64,000 nucleotides of DNA from Desulfobaccales bacterium. GTDB taxonomy: Bacteria; Desulfobacterota; Desulfobaccia; Desulfobaccales; 0-14-0-80-60-11. Positions within the stretch are counted from its first letter, which is position 1; every line of letters starts with the position of its first letter. Below are positions 33,404-41,762 of this stretch, one piece after another. The translations under genes were made by a program, and so were the position numbers. The DNA lies in contig JBBFLF010000001.1 of assembly GCA_037481655.1 (NCBI GenBank), forward strand, positions 48,365-112,364, given 5' to 3'. The notes under the pieces were generated by a model. That model did no database searches, was not told where the DNA came from, and saw only the letters and a program-made list of their open reading frames with translations.

Positions 33404-35968
33404 CTAAGGGTGGTCGGGCGGGTCTTCCCAGGGTCGGAGAAACTTCAGGCTGTAGTCTTTCTCTTTGAAGGCCTGGTAGCAGCGTTCCATCAGGGCGTCC
33501 GAGACCAAGGCCAGGTCCAGCTGGCGGCAGAAGACCATCAGCAGGCCCACAAACTCCAGCATGGATTCGGTTTCGGGCAAGGAATATTTCACCAGCCGGG
33601 CCTGGACCACGTCCCCTTGCACCTGCACTGTGAAGCCCAGGTCCTCCAGGATTTTCTGCAACAGTTTGACCCGCCGCTCCCGCCGGTCCACGCTGGCGGC
33701 TCCGCCCTTGAACTGGAAGGTGATGTAATTGTCGTCCTGGTGCTCCGAGAGATAGGCGTCCACCAGCCCGAAGTGATAGCCCAGGCGGGAGTGGAAGTTG
33801 AGATAGGAATCGGTGATGAGGGCGAAGCTCTTGCCCCCCAGGGCGGTGTCGGCCTTGCCCAGGTCGTACATGGTGTTGGCCCACACTGAGATGAAGCCCT
33901 TGAGGTCCGCGGCCACCGTCCCGGCCCAGCGCACCTGGGGGTGGCGCAGGCCCCGGAGGAGCGCCTGGAAGGGGCGGCTGACGATGTCCTCCTCCCGGAG
34001 CTCCCCGGTGGCCTCCGGGCGCACGCCGCCTCCCAGATCCAGGATGTAGAGGTTGAGGGGCAGATCGCTCACCAGCCGCCGCACGCCTTTGGCCTGCACC
34101 GCCTGGTCCGCCTCCAGGGCGAACATGGCGTCCATGGCCTTTTCGTGGCAGAAGCGGGTGACATCGTGGAGGGTGCGGCAGTGGGCGGGGCTGAATTCCG
34201 GCGCTGTGGGGTCCAGCAGGTGCAGGGGCACCACCTTGGCCACGATGCTCCGGAGGCGGCGATAGAGCTCGTCCTGTTGCCACAGCTCGGGGCGGGGGCG
34301 GCGGCGCTTGAGCACCTCGGTGACGATGCCGTCGTAGACCCGGGCGTTGTCGGCGTCCACCGTGACCATCTGCCCGGGGCGCAGGGCCCTCAAAGCCCCC
34401 CGCACCTCCACCAGGGTGGGGACCTGAAACTCCCGGGCCAGGATGGTCATGTGGTCCGTGGGGCTGCCCACCTCGGTGAGGATGGCGCTGATGCGGTTCA
34501 TCACCACCACCAGGCGGATGGCGGGCCGCCGGGTCACCACCACCGCGCCCGGGGGCAGGTCCTCCAGGCGGGTGTCGGCCTCCACCAGTGCCACGGGGCC
34601 GGCGGCCACCCCGCCCACCGCCCGCACCCCCTGATTCAGGATGGGCGTGCGGTCCGGCAGCCGCCGGGCCTCTCCCAAAGCCGCCGCCGGCCGGCTGACC
34701 CGGAGCGGCCGGGTTTGCAAGAGCACCACCTCGCCTGAGTCATCCACGGCCCACTCCATGTCCTGGGGGCCGCCGAAGTGCCTCTCCAGGAGGAGGGCGA
34801 TGCGGGCCAGTTGCTGCAAATGCCGGGGCTCCAGGCACGGGGCGGCGGCCGCCTCCGGCGACAGCACCGACTCCGTGCAGCCCGTCTCTTCCCGGCAGTA
34901 GAGGGCCACCTTCTTGTTTCCCGGCCGCGCCTCCACCACCTCAAAGGGCTCCAGCCGGCTCAGCCGCCACAGGTCCGGGGTCACCCGGCCCTCCACCGCA
35001 TAGCGCCCCAACCCCCAGACGCCGCTGATCACCAGGGTGTCGCTCTCCGGGTCCTGGGGGTCCAGGGAGAAGGCCACGCCGCTGGCCCGGGCCGGCACCA
35101 TCGCCAGCACCCCCACGGCCATGGGCAGCTCCTCCACGGAAAAGCCCTGGAATTTCCAATAAAAGATGGCCTGGGGGGTGAATTTGCTGGCAATGACTTC
35201 TTTGTAATGCTGCGGCAGGTCGGCAGCGGGGACGTTGAGGAGGGTGGCGAACTGGCCGGCAAAGGAAAGGCCGGTATCCTCCCCCACGGCGCTGGAGCGC
35301 ACCGCCAGGCGGTCGCAGGAAAGCCCCGCGGCGGCCTGCCTGAGATTCTCCTCCAACTCCGGGGGCAGCGGCGCCTGCCTGACCCGCTCCTGCAGCTCCC
35401 GGCTCAAGGTCTCCAGGCCGGCCAGGTCTGTCACGTCGGCGTCCCGCAGGCGGGTGGCCAGCTCTTGGGCCAGGCCGCCGGCCTCCATGAACCTCTTGTA
35501 GGCCGCAGCGGTCACCGCAAAGCCGGGGGGCACCTTCAGCCCCAGGCGGTTGGCCATCTCCCCCAGGTTGGCCATCTTGGCACCCACCGCCGGGGCCGAC
35601 TCCCGGGTGAGCTCGGCCAACGGCAGGATGTCCGGCGTCTCGGGGATTTCCGTGCCTTTGGCAAGCTCCGCCCGGAGCTCGGCGGTGAGCTTGGCCACCA
35701 AGGGCACCAGCTCCGGGTAGCCCATGTGGGTGAGCCGGTTGAGCTCCGTCGCCATGCCAGGGACGTGCTCCTCCAGGAGGCGGACCTGGGTCTCCAAGTA
35801 GGTGAAGTCAAAGAGGTAGTCGCCGCTGAGCTTCTCCTCCATGTCGGCCATGGCGGCCAGGGCCTGATGGTTGTGCTCCAGCAGGCGCCGGAAGCTCTCC
35901 ACCCGCCGGCGGATGTCCTCCTGCGGATCCGGCTTTTCCTGAAAGAAGCGGCGGAGGAAGGACCACAC
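33404..35968 (-). CDS. PEP-utilising-enzyme family protein (PPDK_N ATP-grasp domain, swivel phosphohistidine domain, ~260 aa uncharacterised C-terminal domain)
   Basis: 854 aa. VGAKMANLGEM...VRSSAVGEDTGLSFAGQ (PPDK_N); GSPTDHMTILAREFQVPTLV (mobile His domain). The C-terminal third has no motif I recognise and lacks the PEP/pyruvate TIM-barrel motifs seen in the ppdK at 62032. Confidence 0.75.
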   Translation of the reverse strand: MWSFLRRFFQEKPDPQEDIRRRVESFRRLLEHNHQALAAMADMEEKLSGDYLFDFTYLETQVRLLEEHVPGMATELNRLTHMGYPELVPLVAKLTAELRAELAKGTEIPETPDILPLAELTRESAPAVGAKMANLGEMANRLGLKVPPGFAVTAAAYKRFMEAGGLAQELATRLRDADVTDLAGLETLSRELQERVRQAPLPPELEENLRQAAAGLSCDRLAVRSSAVGEDTGLSFAGQFATLLNVPAADLPQHYKEVIASKFTPQAIFYWKFQGFSVEELPMAVGVLAMVPARASGVAFSLDPQDPESDTLVISGVWGLGRYAVEGRVTPDLWRLSRLEPFEVVEARPGNKKVALYCREETGCTESVLSPEAAAAPCLEPRHLQQLARIALLLERHFGGPQDMEWAVDDSGEVVLLQTRPLRVSRPAAALGEARRLPDRTPILNQGVRAVGGVAAGPVALVEADTRLEDLPPGAVVVTRRPAIRLVVVMNRISAILTEVGSPTDHMTILAREFQVPTLVEVRGALRALRPGQMVTVDADNARVYDGIVTEVLKRRRPRPELWQQDELYRRLRSIVAKVVPLHLLDPTAPEFSPAHCRTLHDVTRFCHEKAMDAMFALEADQAVQAKGVRRLVSDLPLNLYILDLGGGVRPEATGELREEDIVSRPFQALLRGLRHPQVRWAGTVAADLKGFISVWANTMYDLGKADTALGGKSFALITDSYLNFHSRLGYHFGLVDAYLSEHQDDNYITFQFKGGAASVDRRERRVKLLQKILEDLGFTVQVQGDVVQARLVKYSLPETESMLEFVGLLMVFCRQLDLALVSDALMERCYQAFKEKDYSLKFLRPWEDPPDHP

Positions 35969-36180
35969 CGTTTAGCTCCGAAAGACCCAGCTTAAGGCTT
36001 GAGGGAAAGCTTCGGGCGAGGAGGCAGGGATCTGTGAGCCCAGGCCCCCTCCTCCGGAGATGACAATTTAACTTTAGCAAAAAACCGGCTTTTTTTCAGG
36101 AACGGGAATCGACTCTGCCCGACAACAGGAGGAAAAGTGGGGAAAAGGAGGTAAGAGCCATTCTGTCTATCGTTGGCAGG

Positions 36181-36213
36181 GAAGGGGGCCGCAAGGGAAG
36201 CACGGCCCCCTTC
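36181..36213 (-). terminator. Strong hairpin 10 nt downstream of the carB stop
   Basis: GAAGGGGGCCG-(11 nt)-CGGCCCCCTTC, 11 bp perfect. No U-tract on the minus strand, so terminator function is uncertain. Confidence 0.3.
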
Positions 36214-36222
36214 GGTGGGTTT

Positions 36223-39200
36223 TCAGGCTAGCCCGGCGTGGTAACTCTGGAGCGAGCGCACCGGGAACTGCTTGTCCCGGGCCGCGGCAATCCCCCGGGC
36301 CGCGGCCAAGGCGCCCGCCAGGGTGGTGATGTAGGGGACCTTGTAACGGATGGCCGCCTTGCGGATGTAGGAGTCGTCGTATTTGCTCAGTTTGCCGCTG
36401 GGCGTGTTGATGATCAGGTCGATCTCCCCGTTTTTCAGCACGTCCACAATATTGGGGCGGCCTTCGTGGAGCTTGAGGACCGGCTCCGCCGGAATGCCCT
36501 GCTCCGCCAGAAAGCGCTGCGTCCCCTGGGTGGCCAGGATGCGGAAGCCAAGGCGGTGGAACTGCCGGGCCACCTCCAGGACCGCGGGGCGGTCTTTTTC
36601 CGTCACGGTGATGAGCACCGTGCCCTCCCGGGGCAGGGTCTGGCCGGCGGCCTCCTGGGCTTTGTAGAAGGCCAGGCCGAAGGTGTCCGCCAGCCCCAGG
36701 ACCTCGCCGGTGGAGCGCATCTCCGGCCCCAAAAGCGGGTCCACTTCCGGGAACATGTTGAAAGGAAAGACCGCCTCCTTCACCCCGAAGTGGGCCAGGC
36801 TGCGAGTCTTCAGGTTGAGGTCGGCGAGCTTTTTCCCCAGCATGATCTGGGTGGCGTAGCGGGCCATGGGGATGTTGCACACCTTGGAGACCAAAGGCAC
36901 GGTGCGGGAGGCCCGGGGATTGGCCTCCAGGACATACACCGTGTCATCGGCGATGGCATACTGGATGTTCATCAGCCCCACCACCTTAAGCTCCACCGCG
37001 ATGCGCCGGGTGTACTCATGGATGGTTTCCAGGTGCTTGGGGGGGATGCTGATGGGCGGAATGACGCAAGCCGAATCCCCGGAGTGAATCCCCGCCAGCT
37101 CGATGTGCTCCATCACCGCGGGCACAAAGGCGTCGGTGCCGTCGGCGATGGCGTCGGCCTCCGCCTCGATGGCGTTTTCCAGGAACTTGTCGATGAGGAT
37201 GGGGCGCTCCGGGCTCACCTCCACCGCCCGGGCAAGATAGTGTTTCAGCATGGCCTCATCATGGACGCACTCCATGGCCCGCCCGCCCAGGACATACGAC
37301 GGCCGGACCATGAGGGGATAGCCAATCCCGCGGGCGATTTCCAGGGCCTCGGCCACGGTGCTGGCCACCCCGGCCCGGGGCATGGGGATGCCCAGCTCCG
37401 CCATCATGCGCCGGAAACGGTCCCGGTCCTCCGCCAGATCGATGATATCCGGGCTGGTGCCCAGGATCTTCACCCCCGCGGCGGCCAACTCCTGGGCGAT
37501 GTTCAGGGGGGTCTGGCCGCCGAACTGCACAATCACCCCCAGGGGCTTCTCCTTTTCATAGATGGCCAGCACGTCCTCCACCGTCAGGGGCTCAAAATAG
37601 AGCTTGTCCGAGGTGTCATAGTCGGTGGAGACGGTTTCGGGATTGCAGTTCACCATGATGGACTCATAGCCCTCATCCCGGATGGCGTAGGCCGCATGGA
37701 CGCAGCAATAGTCGAACTCAATCCCCTGGCCGATGCGGTTGGGGCCGCCCCCCAGGACCATGATCTTGGGCCGCTCGCTCACCGCCACCCGATCCGGGGC
37801 ATGGTAGGTGGAGTAATAGTAGGCGGCGTTTTCCACCCCGCTCACCGGCACGGCGTCATAGCCCTGGCGGAGCCCCAGGCGCAGGCGCTGCTCCCGGATG
37901 GCCGTCTCGGACACCCCCAGGAGCTGGGCCAGATACCTGTCGGCAAAGCCATCCAGCTTGGCCCGGCGCAGAAGGTCGTCGGGCAGGGCCTGCCCCCGGT
38001 GGCGCAGGATCTCCTCCTCCAGTTCCACCAGCTCCCGCATCTGCTCGATGAACCAGGGCTTGATGTGGGTGCGGCGGTAGAGCTCGTCGGCGCTCGCCCC
38101 CTTCCGCAAGGCCTCGTACATCAGGAACTGCCGCTCGCTGGAGGGCTCCACCAGCATCTCCAGGAGCTCCTCCACAGGCTTGTCGTGGAAATCCTTGGCA
38201 AACCCCAGGCCGTAGCGGCCGATCTCCAGGGAGCGCACCGCCTTTTGCAGAGCCTCCTTGTAGGTCTTGCCCAGGCTCATGACTTCGCCCACCGCCTTCA
38301 TCTGGGTCCCCAGCTTGTCCTCGGCGCCGGGGAATTTTTCAAAAGCCCAGCGGGCGAACTTCACCACCACATAATCCCCCCAGGGCTCGTATTTCTCCAA
38401 GGTGCCCAGACGCCAGTAGGGGATTTCGTCCAGGGTGAGGCCCCCGGCCAAAAGCGAGGAGACGTAGGCGATGGGGAAGCCGGTGGCTTTGGAGGCCAAG
38501 GCCGAGGAGCGGGAGGTGCGGGGATTGATCTCAATTACCACCACCCGGCCGGTTTTGGGGTCATGGGCGAATTGGATGTTGGTGCCGCCGATGACCCGGA
38601 TGGCCTCCACGATGGCGTACGAGTATTCCTGCAGCCTTTTCTGCAGCTCCGGAGCGATGGTGAGCATGGGCGCGGTGCACAGGGAATCGCCGGTGTGCAC
38701 CCCCATGGCGTCCACGTTCTCGATGAAGCAGACGGTGACCATCTGGTTTTTGGCGTCCCGGACCACCTCTAACTCCAGCTCCTCCCAGCCCAGGACGCTC
38801 TCCTCCACCAGGACCTGGCCCACCATGCTGGCCGCCAGCCCCCGGGCGGCGATGGTGCGCAGCTCCTCCAGGTTGTAGACATGGCCGCCGCCCCAGCCGC
38901 CCAAGGTGTAGGCCGGCCGAATGACCACCGGGTAGCCCAGCTCCTCGGCGATGCGCTCCGCCTCCTCCACCGAGTGGGCGATGGCGCTTTTGGGCATCTC
39001 AATCCCCAGGCGGGCCATGGTCTCCTTGAAGGCCAGCCGGTCTTCGCCCCGCTTGATGGCGTCCACCTCCACCCCGATGACCTGGACGCCAAACTTTTCC
39101 AGGGCCCCGGAGGTGGCCAGGGCCGAGGAGAGATTGAGGCCCGTCTGGCCCCCTAAATTGGGGAGCAACGCATCGGGCCGCTCCACCTTGATGATCTCTT

Positions 39201-39423
39201 CCAGGTATTCCGGTTTCAGAGGTTCGATGTAGGTGGCGTCGGCCATGCCCGGGTCCGTCATGATGGTGGCCGGGTTGGAATTCACCAGGATGATGTGGTA
39301 GCCCAGGCGGCGCAAGGCCTTGCAGGCCTGGGTGCCGGAATAGTCAAATTCACAGGCCTGGCCGATGATGATGGGGCCCGACCCGATGATGAGCACTTTG
39401 TGGATGTCCTGCCGCTTGGGCAT
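36223..39423 (-). CDS. carB: Carbamoyl-phosphate synthase large subunit
   Basis: 1066 aa. Duplicated ATP-grasp halves (IIGSGPIIIGQACEFDYSG / VLGGGPNRIGQGIEFDYC) and a C-terminal MGS-like domain. Confidence 0.97.
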   Translation of the reverse strand: MPKRQDIHKVLIIGSGPIIIGQACEFDYSGTQACKALRRLGYHIILVNSNPATIMTDPGMADATYIEPLKPEYLEEIIKVERPDALLPNLGGQTGLNLSSALATSGALEKFGVQVIGVEVDAIKRGEDRLAFKETMARLGIEMPKSAIAHSVEEAERIAEELGYPVVIRPAYTLGGWGGGHVYNLEELRTIAARGLAASMVGQVLVEESVLGWEELELEVVRDAKNQMVTVCFIENVDAMGVHTGDSLCTAPMLTIAPELQKRLQEYSYAIVEAIRVIGGTNIQFAHDPKTGRVVVIEINPRTSRSSALASKATGFPIAYVSSLLAGGLTLDEIPYWRLGTLEKYEPWGDYVVVKFARWAFEKFPGAEDKLGTQMKAVGEVMSLGKTYKEALQKAVRSLEIGRYGLGFAKDFHDKPVEELLEMLVEPSSERQFLMYEALRKGASADELYRRTHIKPWFIEQMRELVELEEEILRHRGQALPDDLLRRAKLDGFADRYLAQLLGVSETAIREQRLRLGLRQGYDAVPVSGVENAAYYYSTYHAPDRVAVSERPKIMVLGGGPNRIGQGIEFDYCCVHAAYAIRDEGYESIMVNCNPETVSTDYDTSDKLYFEPLTVEDVLAIYEKEKPLGVIVQFGGQTPLNIAQELAAAGVKILGTSPDIIDLAEDRDRFRRMMAELGIPMPRAGVASTVAEALEIARGIGYPLMVRPSYVLGGRAMECVHDEAMLKHYLARAVEVSPERPILIDKFLENAIEAEADAIADGTDAFVPAVMEHIELAGIHSGDSACVIPPISIPPKHLETIHEYTRRIAVELKVVGLMNIQYAIADDTVYVLEANPRASRTVPLVSKVCNIPMARYATQIMLGKKLADLNLKTRSLAHFGVKEAVFPFNMFPEVDPLLGPEMRSTGEVLGLADTFGLAFYKAQEAAGQTLPREGTVLITVTEKDRPAVLEVARQFHRLGFRILATQGTQRFLAEQGIPAEPVLKLHEGRPNIVDVLKNGEIDLIINTPSGKLSKYDDSYIRKAAIRYKVPYITTLAGALAAARGIAAARDKQFPVRSLQSYHAGLA

Positions 39424-39528
39424 GGGCCAACCTCCGGCAAGAAAAGGAATATCAGGCTAAGGGAATATAGCAGGAGGGGTGGGGGCCTTCAAGGGGTACT
39501 GAAAAATTCGGCCAGTTTTCACTTAGAC

Positions 39529-39780
39529 TGGGAGAGGGGGCCAGGGTCGCGGACTCCCCATACAGGGTTGGGAGGGGGTGCCGGGGGAGGGCAGGGATGT
39601 GCCATCCCTGGCCCTCCCCCGGCAAAGCAGATCTTCGTGAGTGAGTTGGGGGAGGGGGCTAAGGGGCGGTGGCCCCTTACCCCCTCCCCCAATCCCCCAC
39701 CCCCCATCCCTTATGGGGGTGGGGAGGGGAGTTTGAGGGGAGGGCGGGGGAGCCACTGCTCCCCCGGCCCTCCCCTCAAC
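39529..39780. repeat. Two GC-rich composite elements back to back (about 5 hairpin modules) filling the carB/alr gap
   Basis: A degenerate module 1 left arm, a module 2 right arm and GGGGGAGGGCAGGGATgtgccATCCCTGGCCCTCCCCC. Then, after a spacer, a full 1-2-3 copy whose module 1 is identical to that at 2623-2670. Confidence 0.9.
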
Positions 39781-39785
39781 CCAAC

Positions 39786-40904
39786 TCAGGCAGGCAAATA
39801 CCGCCGGGGGTTGGCCGCCCCGAGGTTGCAGAAGACCTCGTAGCTGATGGTGCCGGCCCAGGCGGCCAGCTCATCGCCGCTGATGAGTTCGCCCCCATCC
39901 GTCCCCAGGAGGGTGACGGTTTCCCCCTCCCGCACTTCGGGGAGGCCGGTCACCTCCACCATGATGAGGTTCATGCACACCCGGCCCCGGATGGGCGCCC
40001 GGCGGCCATGGATCAGGACCTGCCCCCGGTTGGAAAGCTGCCGGGAGAGGCCGTTGGCGTAGCCCACCGGCAGGACCGCCAGCTCGCACCAGTCCGGGGT
40101 GACATAGGTGCTGCCGTAGCTGATGCCACTTCCCGGGGGAAGGCGCTTGCGCTGCAGCACCCGGGTGCGGAAGTGCATCACGGGTTTGAGCTCCGGGGTG
40201 GGGAGCCAGGGCGCCACCCGGGAGCCGTAGAGCATGATGCCGGGGCGCACGAGAGCAAAATGAGCCTCCGGAAAAGCCACCAGGGCAGCGCTATTGGCCA
40301 GGTGGCTTAGGGGCAGGGGAAAACCCCGGGCCCGGGCCGCATCTAAGAGGTCCTGGAACTCCTTAAGCTGGCGGCGGGTGTAACCCGGATCCTCCAGATC
40401 GGCGGAGGCCAAGTGCGACGCCAGCCCCAGCACCTCCAGGCCCGGCAGGCCGGCCAGAAAATCCAGGAAAGGCAGCACTTCCGGATAGGTAAGTCCCAGG
40501 CGCCCCATGCCGGTGTCGGCTTTGAGATGCACCTTGGCCGTCTTGCCCAGTTGGCGGGCGGCGGCGTTAAGGGCCTGGGCCACGTCATGGCGGTAGAGCA
40601 TCACCTCCAGGTCTGCCGCCACCGCGGCCTCGGCTTGCTCCGGCTCCACTCCCAGAAGGAGCGCCACCGGCTGGGTGATCCCTGCCTCCCTCAGGGCCAG
40701 CCCTTCCTCCAGGGTAGCCACCCCCAGGTAGTCGGCGCCGGCCGCGGCCAGGGTGCGAGCGGCCGGGAGGAGCCCATGCCCATAGGCGTCGGCCTTGACC
40801 ACCGCCATGAAACGCACGCCCGGGGCGCAGCGGGCCCGCAGGGCCAGGTAGTTGTGCCGCAGGGCCGCCAGATCAATAGTCAGCTCAGAGAGAGAAGTGA
40901 GCAT
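39786..40904 (-). CDS. alr: Alanine racemase
   Basis: Start moved to the internal ATG 40904. AVVKADAYGHG PLP-lysine motif. The longer ORF-track N-terminus runs through the repeat element. Confidence 0.9.
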   Translation of the reverse strand: MLTSLSELTIDLAALRHNYLALRARCAPGVRFMAVVKADAYGHGLLPAARTLAAAGADYLGVATLEEGLALREAGITQPVALLLGVEPEQAEAAVAADLEVMLYRHDVAQALNAAARQLGKTAKVHLKADTGMGRLGLTYPEVLPFLDFLAGLPGLEVLGLASHLASADLEDPGYTRRQLKEFQDLLDAARARGFPLPLSHLANSAALVAFPEAHFALVRPGIMLYGSRVAPWLPTPELKPVMHFRTRVLQRKRLPPGSGISYGSTYVTPDWCELAVLPVGYANGLSRQLSNRGQVLIHGRRAPIRGRVCMNLIMVEVTGLPEVREGETVTLLGTDGGELISGDELAAWAGTISYEVFCNLGAANPRRYLPA

Positions 40905-40947
40905 GGCTTGCCGCCCGGTTGCCGACTCGTGCCAAGGGGATGCAGTG

Positions 40948-41075
40948 GTGGGCGAGGGGGCCAGGGACCGATGGCCCCTGCCCCCTCTCCCACACCCTCT
41001 CCCCCCACCCCAAAATGGGATGGGGAAGGGGAAGCGAGGGGAGGGTGGGGTCCAAGCTCGCCCGGCCCTCCCCAC
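40948..41075. repeat. GC-rich composite element (3 modules, modules 2 and 3 degenerate) in the alr/purE gap
   Basis: GTGGGCGAGGGGGCCAGGGaccgatggCCCCTGCCCCCTCTCCCAC etc. Confidence 0.85.
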
Positions 41076-41086
41076 GATAATCTCTA

Positions 41087-41620
41087 TCATCCCAGGCTGG
41101 CCGGGTGATACATGGCCGGGATCTTCTCCTGCTGCTTTTCCACCCCTTTGGCCTGCTCCTCTTTGTGCTGGGCCAGGCGCTGCTGCAAACGTTCGTCCTC
41201 AAGGGCCAGCACCTGCACCGCAAAGATGGCAGCGTTTCTGGCGCCCGCGGCGCCGATGGCCATGGTGGCCACCGGCACCCCCGGCGGCATCTGCACCATG
41301 GCCAGGAGGCTGTCCAGGCCCTTAAGGTCGGAGCTGGGGATGGGCACTCCCACCACCGGCAGGGTGGTATGGGCCGCCACCACCCCGGCCAGATGTGCGG
41401 CATGACCTGCCGCGGCAATAAGCACTTTCAGGCCCCGGGCCGCCGCCTCCCGGGCATAGGTCTCCACCCGCCGGGGGGAGCGGTGGGCCGAGGCCACCAG
41501 CACCTCCACCCCCACCCCCCAGTCATCGAGGAGGGTGGCGGCCGGCTCCATCACCGGCCAGTCCGAGGCGCTTCCCAGGATAATCCCCACCCAAGCCTTT
41601 TTTTCGCTCATGGCTTTCAC
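41087..41620 (-). CDS. purE: N5-carboxyaminoimidazole ribonucleotide mutase
   Basis: VGIILGSASDW...ASAHRSP...AAGHAAHLAGVVAA.T..PV.GVP signature. Confidence 0.95.
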   Translation of the reverse strand: MKAMSEKKAWVGIILGSASDWPVMEPAATLLDDWGVGVEVLVASAHRSPRRVETYAREAAARGLKVLIAAAGHAAHLAGVVAAHTTLPVVGVPIPSSDLKGLDSLLAMVQMPPGVPVATMAIGAAGARNAAIFAVQVLALEDERLQQRLAQHKEEQAKGVEKQQEKIPAMYHPASLG

Positions 41621-41652
41621 TCACAAATAGGTATTAAGAAATGTTTTCCGGA

Positions 41653-41699
41653 TTGGGAGAGGGGCGCCAGGGTGCAATGACCCCCTACCCCCTCCCCCA
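41653..41699. repeat. Single degenerate GC-rich hairpin module in the purE/polX gap
   Basis: TTGGGAGAGGGGCGCCAGGGTgcaatgACCCCCTACCCCCTCCCCCA. Confidence 0.7.
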
Positions 41700-41762
41700 T
41701 AATATAGTGGTAAAGAGGAGAGCGAATGGCTCTCTCCCCCGGCCAGCTTCTCAAAAATCACG

